Shown piece by piece: positions 17,921 to 25,333 of a stretch of DNA of 32,004 nt. The stretch spans positions 6,272 to 38,275 of the forward strand of contig JASEHX010000002.1 of assembly GCA_030018645.1 (NCBI GenBank), given 5' to 3'. Numbering within the stretch: position 1 is the stretch's first letter; every line of letters begins with the position of its first letter. The DNA comes from Candidatus Margulisiibacteriota bacterium. Its GTDB lineage: Bacteria; Margulisbacteria; WOR-1; O2-12-FULL-45-9. The notes under the pieces were generated by a model that saw only the letters and a list, made by a program, of their open reading frames with translations, did not search any database and had not been told where the DNA came from. A program made the translations under genes and the position numbers.

Positions 17921-18843
17921 TAGAAAAGCTTTTGGTTGTTTTCTTTAATGGCTTTAGCCGAAACCTGCAGGGCGGTTTGCTCTTCAGATGAGAGCGGGAT
18001 TTCCATAATTTCCTCCACCCCGTTTTTTCCTAATTTAGCCGGCAGGCCAATATATAAATCATTTAAGCCGTATTGTCCCGTAACTAAGACCGAGGACAGG
18101 ATGCTTTCTTTTTTATCCTGTAAAATAGCTTCGGCCATGCGGGCGGCGGCGGCCGAAGGAGCATAATAGGCCGAGCCGGTTTTAAGTAAATTAACGATTT
18201 CCGCCCCGCCATTGGCAGTCCGTTGGACAATAGCATCAATTTTCTCGGGCGGCAAGAGTTGGGTGATAGGTTTGCCCGCAACGATGGTCTGACTGGGCAC
18301 CGGGACCATCAGGTCGCCATGGGTGCCCAAAACAGTGGCTTTAACCTCGGCCATGGGAACGTTTAATTCTAGGGCAATGAAGGATGCCATCCGTCCGGCA
18401 TCCAACAGCGGTGCCATGCCCATGACCCGCTGTGCGGGGAAACCAGAAATTTTCCAAGCCAAGTACGTCATTGCGTCCAAAGGGTTGGTAACGATAATTA
18501 AAACAGCCAGAGGAGAATACTTTTTAATGTTTTCCACAATGCCTTTGACGATGGCGGCATTTTTGTGAAGAAGGTCATCGCGGCTCATGCCGGGCTTGCG
18601 GGCTAAACCAGCGGTAATGACGACAATCTCTGAATCCTTCGTATCCGCGTAATCATTGGTTCCAACCACCCGGCTATTGTAGCCGCAAATCGGCCCAGCT
18701 TGGGTTATATCCAGCGCCTTGCCCTGCGGAATACCTTCGATAATATCCAATAAAACAACGTCTGCCAGGTTTTTTTCCGCCAGCCGGCGGGCGGTTTCCG
18801 CCCCCACGTTTCCCGCTCCAATGACGGTAACTTTTCTTTTCAT
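17920..18843 (-). CDS. mdh: Malate dehydrogenase (LDH-like, type 3)
   Basis: VIGAGNVG Rossmann motif. [13 protein letters not shown] carries Arg at the substrate-discriminating position (MDH rather than LDH). Catalytic His in GTHGD. Confidence 0.85.
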   Translation of the reverse strand: MKRKVTVIGAGNVGAETARRLAEKNLADVVLLDIIEGIPQGKALDITQAGPICGYNSRVVGTNDYADTKDSEIVVITAGLARKPGMSRDDLLHKNAAIVKGIVENIKKYSPLAVLIIVTNPLDAMTYLAWKISGFPAQRVMGMAPLLDAGRMASFIALELNVPMAEVKATVLGTHGDLMVPVPSQTIVAGKPITQLLPPEKIDAIVQRTANGGAEIVNLLKTGSAYYAPSAAAARMAEAILQDKKESILSSVLVTGQYGLNDLYIGLPAKLGKNGVEEIMEIPLSSEEQTALQVSAKAIKENNQKLF

Positions 18844-18883
18844 ACTTATAGCTTAACAAAATCTAGCCGTAGATTCAAACTTA

Positions 18884-18892
18884 TGCTAAAAT
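18884..18892 (+). promoter_or_regulatory. Extended -10 (TGcTAAAAT) 6 nt upstream of the DUF1858-like start; candidate leaderless transcript
   Basis: TAAAAT at 18887-18892, ATG at 18899, no SD between them. Confidence 0.3.
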
Positions 18893-18898
18893 AACCGT

Positions 18899-19102
18899 AT
18901 GCATCCTATCACCAAAGATATGACCATTGCGGAAGCGCTGAAGTTAAAGCCCGCCATTGCCCAGGTGCTAATGGCAAAAGGTATGCATTGTTTGGGCTGT
19001 GTGGTAGCACAAGGAGAAACTATTGAGCAGGCGGCCGAAGTGCATGGGTTGGCGGCTGATGAGTTGCTGGCTGAATTAAATGCTGAATTAAATAAGGAGT
19101 GA
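18899..19102 (+). CDS. DUF1858-like small redox-disulfide protein (hybrid-cluster-protein-associated type)
   Basis: 67 aa. ITKDMTIAEALKLKP...GMHCLGC...ETIEQAAEVHG matches the DUF1858 pattern as I remember it. Confidence 0.6.
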   Translation: MHPITKDMTIAEALKLKPAIAQVLMAKGMHCLGCVVAQGETIEQAAEVHGLAADELLAELNAELNKE

Positions 19103-19105
19103 TAG

Positions 19106-19339
19106 ATGGCAATAGTTAAAGTATATTCAACCCCCGCCTGTGTCTATTGTGTGATGGCTAAAAAATTCCTAGCGGAGAACAATATCCCTTTTGAGGAAAT
19201 TGATGTTTCCCTTAGCCAATCGGCGGCGCAGGAAATGATCAACAAATCAGGCCAGATGGGCGTGCCGGTAATTGACATTGATGGTAAAATATTTGTGGGG
19301 TTTGATCGGGCGGGCATCAAAAAAGCCCTGGGGTTATAA
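19106..19339 (+). CDS. Glutaredoxin-like protein (NrdH/YruB type), 77 aa
   Basis: VKVYSTPACVYCVMAKKFL CxxC motif, GVPVIDIDGKIFVGFD C-terminal motif. Confidence 0.75.
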   Translation: MAIVKVYSTPACVYCVMAKKFLAENNIPFEEIDVSLSQSAAQEMINKSGQMGVPVIDIDGKIFVGFDRAGIKKALGL

Positions 19340-19355
19340 AAGAGGAGACAATTTC

Positions 19356-19532
19356 ATGACCATTTCAGTTGATCAAGCGTTATGCTCGGGCTGCGGCATT
19401 TGCATTGACCTTTGCCCGGAAATCTTCACTTGGGGGGCGGATGGGAAAGCGCAAGCGGTAAAAGATGTTTGCGAAATCCACAACCCCGAAGAAGTGGCTG
19501 ACCAATGTCCCATGGACGCGATTGATATTTAA
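19356..19532 (+). CDS. Single-cluster [4Fe-4S] ferredoxin (Thermotoga/Pyrococcus type), 58 aa
   Basis: CSGCGIC...CP cluster ligands plus two extra Cys placed like the disulfide pair of that family. Start set to ATG 19356 (GAGGAG upstream); the longer track ORF overlaps the glutaredoxin gene. Confidence 0.8.
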   Translation: MTISVDQALCSGCGICIDLCPEIFTWGADGKAQAVKDVCEIHNPEEVADQCPMDAIDI

Positions 19533-19547
19533 GAAGGGAGAATAAGC

Positions 19548-19733
19548 ATGGCAGATAATAAAAAAGCAGTAGTTGATCCCAATATTTGCACCGGCTGCGG
19601 AATTTGTGTGGATGTTTGCCCCAGCCAGGCGATTGAATTAGTTGATGGATTGGCAAAGGTTAACTCCGACAAATGCAATGGCGATGTGACTTGTGTTGAT
19701 GCCTGCCCCGTGCAGGCCATAGCTATGCAGTAG
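19548..19733 (+). CDS. Two-cluster ferredoxin with a non-canonical second motif, 61 aa
   Basis: First motif CTGCGICVDVCP is canonical. Second motif CNGDVTCVDACP has Asp where the second Cys is expected (CxxDxxCxxxCP). Confidence 0.85.
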   Translation: MADNKKAVVDPNICTGCGICVDVCPSQAIELVDGLAKVNSDKCNGDVTCVDACPVQAIAMQ

Positions 19734-19764
19734 GTTTGCCCAGCAGTAACAATAAAAGCGCGGC
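19723..19764. repeat. Direct repeat copy A: orphan duplicate of the pyrB 3' end
   Basis: 39/42 identical to 21017-21058. Its minus-strand translation AALLLLLLGKPTA* is identical to the real pyrB C-terminus. Confidence 0.9.
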
Positions 19765-19802
19765 TATCTGCGAGATGGGCAATGTTTATTGATACATGCC
19801 AC

Positions 19803-19831
19803 TTGACAATTATACTTCGTTATCCTATACT
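19803..19831 (+). promoter_or_regulatory. Near-consensus sigma70 promoter of the ATPase cassette
   Basis: TTGACA (19803-19808), 17-nt spacer, TATACT (19826-19831). Confidence 0.5.
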
Positions 19832-19835
19832 ACAT

Positions 19836-19851
19836 TATACTATATAGTATA
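19836..19851. promoter_or_regulatory. Perfect 16-bp palindrome TATACTATATAGTATA (candidate operator)
   Basis: The sequence is its own reverse complement and sits immediately downstream of the -10. It overlaps the first of two ATAGTATAAT direct repeats (19844-19853, 19859-19868). Confidence 0.45.
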
Positions 19852-19882
19852 ATGCCAAATAGTATAATATGGAGGCAAACCA

Positions 19883-21004
19883 GTGAAAAACCCTTTTAAA
19901 TACGGAAAAACAGTCGATGGGGCCTTTTTTGCAGACAGGGAAAAGGAATTTAAGGATATGGCATCCTATATCCGGTCCGGCCAAAATGTTTTTGTTTTTT
20001 CTAATCGCCGCTACGGAAAAACATCGTTAGTGAAAAAGGTGGTTGAATATTTAACTCGAAAACGGGAAATTATTGCGATTTATGTTGATCTGGAACAGGT
20101 AACTTCTTCCGCGCAGTTTATCCAGATTTACGGCGAGGCGATTGGCAAAGGCCTTTTTTCCTGGAAGGAGAAACTAGAAAAAATCGCCGCTTTTTTTAGC
20201 CGGATTGTCCCTGTTTTTGAAATAACCAAAGAAGGAGGCGTGCGAATAACCTTTGATTTTTCTAAAACCAAAGACAAAGTTGAATATGCCTTGAACGAAG
20301 TTTATGAACTGCCTCAGCAAATAGCTGTCAAATACAAGAAGCGAGTGGCGGTAGTTTTTGATGAATTTCAGGAGATTGAAAAATTAGGCGGAATTGAGTT
20401 TGAAAAGAAACTGAGATCTTTTATTCAGCATCATTCTGAGGTATGTTATATTTTTATGGGCAGCAAGACCCGTGTGTTGATCCAAATGTTTAATGATCCG
20501 CGCCGGGCTTTTTATAAATCAGCTGCGACATATCCTTTGGGGCCGGTCCCGGAAAGGGAAATGATAAGTTTTATTATTGAACGTTTTTCCTCGACAGGGA
20601 AAAAAATATCGAAAGAAATTGCCAAAGAGATCATCGACCAATCACGCAATATCCCTTATTACGTACAAATGTATAGCTGGCATATCTGGAACCTTGCTGT
20701 ATCGGAAGTTAAGCAATCTGACGGCGCAAAAGCTCTGCAGGAATTGTTAAACAGTCAGAATGAGCTATTCTTTAATTGGTATGACAGCATGAGCATGCAC
20801 CAAAGGGCGCTGCTGCGAGCTTTATCTCAAACCGATGAAATATTCTCGCAGGATGCCTTAATCAAGCACGATTTAGGGACGGCTTCATCGGTACAGGCTT
20901 CAGTTCGGAAATTATTATTAAAAGGATTGATCGTAAAAGAAGAAAAAAAATATAGGATTACCGATCCCTTTTTTGAAATTTGGCTCCGGCAGGATGAGCA
21001 ATAA
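19883..21004 (+). CDS. P-loop ATPase of the archaeal-ATPase (PF01637-like) type with C-terminal DUF234-like wHTH
   Basis: GTG start 7 nt after GGAGG. Conserved N-terminus NPFKYGKTVDGAFFADREKE, Walker A-like SNRRYGKTSL (first Gly replaced), Walker B VAVVFDEFQE, C-terminal KKYRITDPFFEIWL. Confidence 0.7.
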   Translation: MKNPFKYGKTVDGAFFADREKEFKDMASYIRSGQNVFVFSNRRYGKTSLVKKVVEYLTRKREIIAIYVDLEQVTSSAQFIQIYGEAIGKGLFSWKEKLEKIAAFFSRIVPVFEITKEGGVRITFDFSKTKDKVEYALNEVYELPQQIAVKYKKRVAVVFDEFQEIEKLGGIEFEKKLRSFIQHHSEVCYIFMGSKTRVLIQMFNDPRRAFYKSAATYPLGPVPEREMISFIIERFSSTGKKISKEIAKEIIDQSRNIPYYVQMYSWHIWNLAVSEVKQSDGAKALQELLNSQNELFFNWYDSMSMHQRALLRALSQTDEIFSQDALIKHDLGTASSVQASVRKLLLKGLIVKEEKKYRITDPFFEIWLRQDEQ

Positions 21005-21016
21005 AAAATTCTGATT

Positions 21017-21058
21017 CTATGCAGTAGGCTTGCCTAGCAGTAACAATAAAAGCGCAGC
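21017..21058. repeat. Direct repeat copy B: authentic 3' end of pyrB
   Basis: See copy A. This copy is contiguous with the pyrB body. Confidence 0.9.
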
Positions 21059-21955
21059 GCGTACGGCAACCCCATTGGTAACCTGTTCTAAAATTACATT
21101 ATAAGGACCGTCGGCCACTTCGGAAGTTATTTCTACCCCGCGATTAATGGGTCCCGGGTGCATGACAATTACATCTTTTTGGGCTTTCTTCAACCGATCA
21201 GAATTTAAGCCGTAAAGCTTGGCGTATTCTTCAATGGAGGGGAAAAGCCCTTTGTCCTGCCGCTCTTTTTGGATGCGCAGCATGTTGATGAAGTCGGCAG
21301 CGGGAATTTCAGCATCCAAGTTATAAGAAACCCTAACCCCCATTTCTTCGATGTCTTCGGGAATGAGGGTGGGCGGGCCGACCAAGACTACTTTGGCTCC
21401 CAATTTAGTAAGACCCCAAATATTGGAGCGGGCCACCCGCGAGTGGGCAATATCACCGACAATCAGGACTTTTTTGCCTTTCAAATTGCCTTTTTTTTCT
21501 TCCATGGTAAAAATGTCAAGCAAGCCCTGTGTTGGATGTTCATTGTACCCATCCCCGGCGTTAATGACCGATGCCTGCACATTTTTAGCCGCCAGATGCG
21601 GGGCGCCGCCCATGCTGTGGCGGATAATGATGCAGTCAAGCCCCATTACTTCCAGGTTTTTTACCGTGTCAATTAAATTCTCACCTTTAACCACGCTGGA
21701 AGAAGAAACCGCGACATTGGTCACATTGGCGGATAAAATTTTCGCCGCCGTGTTAAAAGAGGTTCGCGTGCGGGTGGAGGCCTCATAGAACAATGTTACA
21801 ATGTGTTTGCCCAGCAGGGTGGGGACCTTGGGGATGGGGCGGGCGGCCACTTCTTTCATGGAATGGGCCGTGCGTAAAATTAATTTTATTTCATCAACCG
21901 AGAGGTCTTTGAGCCCCAAGAGGTCTTTGCGGTGGAGACTTTTTGTGTTGTTCAT
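21017..21955 (-). CDS. pyrB: Aspartate carbamoyltransferase catalytic subunit
   Basis: Motifs EASTRTRTSF, NEHPTQGLLD, HPGPINRGVEI. Start set to ATG 21955 (MNNTKSLHRKDLLGLKDLS) rather than 22006. Confidence 0.92.
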   Translation of the reverse strand: MNNTKSLHRKDLLGLKDLSVDEIKLILRTAHSMKEVAARPIPKVPTLLGKHIVTLFYEASTRTRTSFNTAAKILSANVTNVAVSSSSVVKGENLIDTVKNLEVMGLDCIIIRHSMGGAPHLAAKNVQASVINAGDGYNEHPTQGLLDIFTMEEKKGNLKGKKVLIVGDIAHSRVARSNIWGLTKLGAKVVLVGPPTLIPEDIEEMGVRVSYNLDAEIPAADFINMLRIQKERQDKGLFPSIEEYAKLYGLNSDRLKKAQKDVIVMHPGPINRGVEITSEVADGPYNVILEQVTNGVAVRAALLLLLLGKPTA

Positions 21956-21968
21956 CCTGTAAAAGTTT

Positions 21969-21974
21969 ATTATA
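21969..21974 (-). promoter_or_regulatory. Candidate -10 (TATAAT on the minus strand) for pyrB
   Basis: attata on the + strand, 13 nt upstream of the pyrB ATG. No convincing -35 at 17 nt. Confidence 0.25.
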
Positions 21975-22036
21975 ACAGAAAACGGCCAAGAAAGATAGGG
22001 GTTCATATCCCTCCACCCGCCAAATAAATCGGAGCA

Positions 22037-22057
22037 CCCTCTCCCAGAGGGAGAGGG
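22037..22057 (-). terminator. GC-rich hairpin CCCTCTCCC-aga-GGGAGAGGG just after the queD stop
   Basis: Perfect 9-bp stem and 3-nt loop, 4 nt after the queD stop. On the minus strand it is followed by UGCUCCGAUUUAUUU, which is only partly U-rich. Confidence 0.5.
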
Positions 22058-22060
22058 TCA

Positions 22061-22417
22061 TTATGGTTTATAAGTTGCGGAAGTTGAGGGAGATTCCCAA
22101 ACGGTAACACTATCAAGCAAGGGGATTTCGGGCTTTAGTTGCTCAAAAATAATCCGTGCTATGTTCTCACAGGATGGATTGATTTCCTTAAATTGCGGCA
22201 GGTCGTTGAGATTTTGGTGGTCAAATTGGCCGATGACCGCGTTCAAGCTAGCTTTAACTTCTCTAAAATCAACCAGCAAGCCAAGGTGGTTCAGCTTATC
22301 TCCCGCCAGACGGACTTCGACTTTCCAAGTATGCCCGTGCAAATTTTCACATGGTCCCTGGTAACCGCGCAGAGCATGAGCGGAGCTAAAAGAAGATTCA
22401 ATAGTTAGGGTATACAT
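22061..22417 (-). CDS. queD: 6-carboxy-5,6,7,8-tetrahydropterin synthase (PTPS family)
   Basis: FSSAHALRGYQGPCENLHGHTWKVEV Zn/His motif; 118 aa; 13-nt overlap with the gltX end. Confidence 0.85.
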   Translation of the reverse strand: MYTLTIESSFSSAHALRGYQGPCENLHGHTWKVEVRLAGDKLNHLGLLVDFREVKASLNAVIGQFDHQNLNDLPQFKEINPSCENIARIIFEQLKPEIPLLDSVTVWESPSTSATYKP

Positions 22418-23844
22418 TGTTTTATGGCCTTTCCAATTCTTTGCACTACCTTTTCTTTCCCCAATATTTCAACTACATCATACATAGGGGGAGATTGAAG
22501 TGTTCCAGTCAAAGCCAAGCGGGCAGGATGGATTATTTCTCCCAGCTTTTTACCCAGTTCTTGTGCTAAACCTTTAAAGACCGCTTCAATTGAACTATGG
22601 TCAAATGGCTCAAGTTCGGCTAGCTGCTTTTTGAGGATAGCTAATAATTGGATATTTTCCGCCGATTTAAAATATTTTTCAATGGCGGCTTGGTCAAACT
22701 CAAATTCATCCGTAAAAAAATAACGGGAAAGGGGGACAATATCGGGAATTAGGGTTAATCGATCATGAAAAGCCAAAACCACTTTCCTAATGTAATTAAT
22801 ATCATGGTTTCCATAAGCATCAATCAATAATGGTTCGCAAAGATCAACTAAACGTTCCGGCAAAATGGACCGGATATACTTCCCATTCAGCCAATTTAAT
22901 TTATCAAAATCAAAGACGGCGGGATTTTTGGAAATTCCCTTGAGGGTAAATTTATCAATTAGCTCCTGCCGCGAAAAAATTTCCTGGTCGCCATGTCCCC
23001 AGCCCAGCTTGACAATATAATTGAGGACGGCTTCGGGCAAATAACCCATTGCCTGGTAATCTATCACCGAAGTTGCGCCATGGCGTTTGGATAAGCGCGT
23101 TTTATCTTTACCCAAAATCATGGGGAGATGAGCAAATTTGGGAATTTTCCAGCCAAAGGCTTGAAAAAGTAAAATTTGCCGGGGAGTGTTGGAAAGATGG
23201 TCGTCGCCGCGGATAACATGCGATATCTCCATCAAGTGATCATCAATTGCACAGGCAAAATTATAGGTGGGAAAACCATCAGATTTTAAAATCACAAAAT
23301 CATCCAGCACCTCGTTTTGAAAAACCACATCTCCCCGGATAAGGTCGTGGACAATGGTTTCGCCGATAGGCGGCAGCATGAAGCGGATGACTTTAGAAAT
23401 ACCGCCTTCCAACTTGCTTTTTATTTCCGCTTCGGATAATTTGCGGCAGGAATTATCATATTTGGGGGCTTCCTTGCGGGCGGCGGCATCTTTCCGCTTT
23501 TTCTCCAGCTCCTCCGGCGTACAAAAACAAGAATAGGCCTTGCCTTCTTTAATTAATTGCTCGGCAAATTCTTTATATATATGTAGCCGTTCGGTTTGAT
23601 AATATGGGCCATAGTTCCCGCCGATATTGGGGCCTTCGTCCCAATCCAGCCCCAGCCATTCCATTCCCCTTAAAATACTGTGAGTAGAATCAACCGTTGA
23701 GCGTTCCCGATCGGTATCCTCAATTCTTAAAATAAATACCCCGCCCTGGCTGCGGGCATATAGCCAGCTATACAAAGCAGTCCTTGCTCCTCCGATGTGG
23801 AGGGCGCCGGTGGGGCTGGGAGCGAAACGCACGCGAATTGGCAT
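22405..23844 (-). CDS. gltX: Glutamyl-tRNA synthetase
   Basis: RFAPSPTGALHIGGARTALY (HIGH), RLSKRHG (KMSKS), class I GluRS length. Confidence 0.92.
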   Translation of the reverse strand: MPIRVRFAPSPTGALHIGGARTALYSWLYARSQGGVFILRIEDTDRERSTVDSTHSILRGMEWLGLDWDEGPNIGGNYGPYYQTERLHIYKEFAEQLIKEGKAYSCFCTPEELEKKRKDAAARKEAPKYDNSCRKLSEAEIKSKLEGGISKVIRFMLPPIGETIVHDLIRGDVVFQNEVLDDFVILKSDGFPTYNFACAIDDHLMEISHVIRGDDHLSNTPRQILLFQAFGWKIPKFAHLPMILGKDKTRLSKRHGATSVIDYQAMGYLPEAVLNYIVKLGWGHGDQEIFSRQELIDKFTLKGISKNPAVFDFDKLNWLNGKYIRSILPERLVDLCEPLLIDAYGNHDINYIRKVVLAFHDRLTLIPDIVPLSRYFFTDEFEFDQAAIEKYFKSAENIQLLAILKKQLAELEPFDHSSIEAVFKGLAQELGKKLGEIIHPARLALTGTLQSPPMYDVVEILGKEKVVQRIGKAIKQCIP

Positions 23845-23859
23845 TGGTAATCTTCCTTT

Positions 23860-25215
23860 TTATTCTGCCAGCAAAAAGAGCCAGGCCGGGACAAAAATGA
23901 TTTGCTTATTATCGATCGTTTTTTTCTGGAAAAGGTCTTTAGTAATAACCATTCCCTTTGGCAGTTTCATCTTATTGAGAAAGAAAAGAATGCTGGATAA
24001 GTCCTCTTTCTTGATCTGATTTTTATATTTTACTTCTAGGGGAGAGACAGCTTGTCCTTTCAGGATAAAATCGATTTCTCCATTGTTTCTCCAATAATAT
24101 ACCCCCTGGCCAGCTGCTTGGGAACATTTTATGCCAACCATGTTCTCAATAATAAAGCCAATATTTTCTTCTTGGATCTTATAATCTTTTAAGATCGCAT
24201 TCCGCAAACCCTGATCAACCGCTAAAAATTTCTTTTTAGCTTTCAATTGTTCTTTTATTTTGGCAAATTTGAGGATGTCAATTAAGAGATAACTGCTTTT
24301 TAGGAATTCAATATAATTTACCAGAGTGGCCCGATCGAGGCCGACGGCCTCATTAATTGTTTCATAGGCCAAAATTTGGCTTTGATGGGAAATAATGAAA
24401 GTTAATATGAGCTCCAGCATGCGGGGAGATTTTATTCCATATAATTTGGCAATATCTTCGTAGATGGATTTTTTGGGAACATCGCTGATCAAACTATTAA
24501 ACCAGGCTTCAATGCCAAACGGCTTGGCCTGGAACCATTCTGGAAATCCGCCAACCAGGGCATATTCTTTAAATAAGGGCATGATCTTTTTCCCCATTGT
24601 GCTGATCTCAATGGGAGTAAGTTTCAATAAATCTTCTAAGGAGGAATAGCTTTGCCGCTGTCCTGACAATGCCAGGAATTCATTAAGATCTAATGGAAAG
24701 AGCGATAATTCAAAGGTCCGCCCGCGCAAGAATTGATTGGCTTCATTCTGCAGGGTAATACTGGCTGATCCGGATAAAATAAATTTTATCGATGGGTTCC
24801 GATCATAGAAGGTCTTGATCCATTTATGCCAGCCAGGAAAAGATTGGACCTCGTCCAGGAAAATATACCTTTTTTTACCGCTGACAATGTTTTCAGCATG
24901 GTAATCAATTAGATCTTTGATCAGATTATCGCTGTAAGCGGCCAAAGAAGGGTCATCTAAAGAATAATACAAGATCGAAGCAGGTTCTATGCCGGACGAC
25001 AATAGGGAGGCAATCATTTGTTTGAGCAAGACGCTCTTGCCGGTGCGGCGGGGGCCAAGCAGGAGCATGATGCGGCGCCCGGGCAGTGCGTCGGTTAATT
25101 TGCTAAAAAGTGCTCTCTTGAAGGGATACAGCTCTTCTTCAATAACCGCTTTTGTCAACCACCACTCGTTCACCTTTTCTAACTCGCGGCTAAATTCAAT
25201 CAAATTGGCGATCAT
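23860..25215 (-). CDS. AAA+ ATPase with C-terminal DUF4143-like domain (AAA_14 type), function unknown
   Basis: Walker A LLLGPRRTGKS, Walker B RYIFLDEVQ. The C-terminal half resembles the DUF4143 region common to this family. GGAGG SD upstream; stop 15 nt before the gltX start. Confidence 0.7.
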   Translation of the reverse strand: MIANLIEFSRELEKVNEWWLTKAVIEEELYPFKRALFSKLTDALPGRRIMLLLGPRRTGKSVLLKQMIASLLSSGIEPASILYYSLDDPSLAAYSDNLIKDLIDYHAENIVSGKKRYIFLDEVQSFPGWHKWIKTFYDRNPSIKFILSGSASITLQNEANQFLRGRTFELSLFPLDLNEFLALSGQRQSYSSLEDLLKLTPIEISTMGKKIMPLFKEYALVGGFPEWFQAKPFGIEAWFNSLISDVPKKSIYEDIAKLYGIKSPRMLELILTFIISHQSQILAYETINEAVGLDRATLVNYIEFLKSSYLLIDILKFAKIKEQLKAKKKFLAVDQGLRNAILKDYKIQEENIGFIIENMVGIKCSQAAGQGVYYWRNNGEIDFILKGQAVSPLEVKYKNQIKKEDLSSILFFLNKMKLPKGMVITKDLFQKKTIDNKQIIFVPAWLFLLAE

Positions 25216-25261
25216 GCTATCTTATTCCTCCCCGCAATAATAACTGGATATTGCTGGTTCT

Positions 25262-25290
25262 ATTCTACAATATGGAAGAGCCATGGTCAA
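25262..25290 (-). promoter_or_regulatory. Candidate promoter for the ATPase-gltX-queD transcription unit
   Basis: On the minus strand: TTGACC (25285-25290), 17 nt, TAGAAT (25262-25267) preceded by TG (extended -10). Confidence 0.45.
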
Positions 25291-25296
25291 GTCAAT

Positions 25297-25325
25297 TTGT
25301 AATCTTCTTTCCTGAAAGATATAAT
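25297..25325 (+). promoter_or_regulatory. Candidate promoter of the barrel::SppA gene; possibly leaderless
   Basis: TTGTAA (25297-25302), 17 nt, TATAAT (25320-25325). ATG at 25334 is 8 nt downstream with no SD. Confidence 0.4.
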
Positions 25326-25333
25326 ACAGCAAA

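Noticed and set aside
19272-19355. Longer 86-aa version of the first ferredoxin ORF
   Set aside because: The extension overlaps the glutaredoxin gene in another frame. ATG 19356 follows GAGGAG and yields a standard 58-aa ferredoxin.
21269-21788. + strand ORFs of 135 and 145 aa inside pyrB
   Set aside because: They are shadow ORFs opposite a confidently identified gene.
21956-22006. N-terminal 17-codon extension of pyrB (MNPYLSWPFSVIINFYR)
   Set aside because: It is not ATCase-like and would leave no room for a promoter after the queD hairpin. ATG 21955 gives the usual N-terminus.
19883-25215. Calling the two orphan ATPases an anti-phage defence system
   Set aside because: The two genes are separated by pyrB, queD and gltX, are on opposite strands and belong to unrelated families. 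No nuclease, effector or other partner genes are visible, so there is no sequence evidence for defence.
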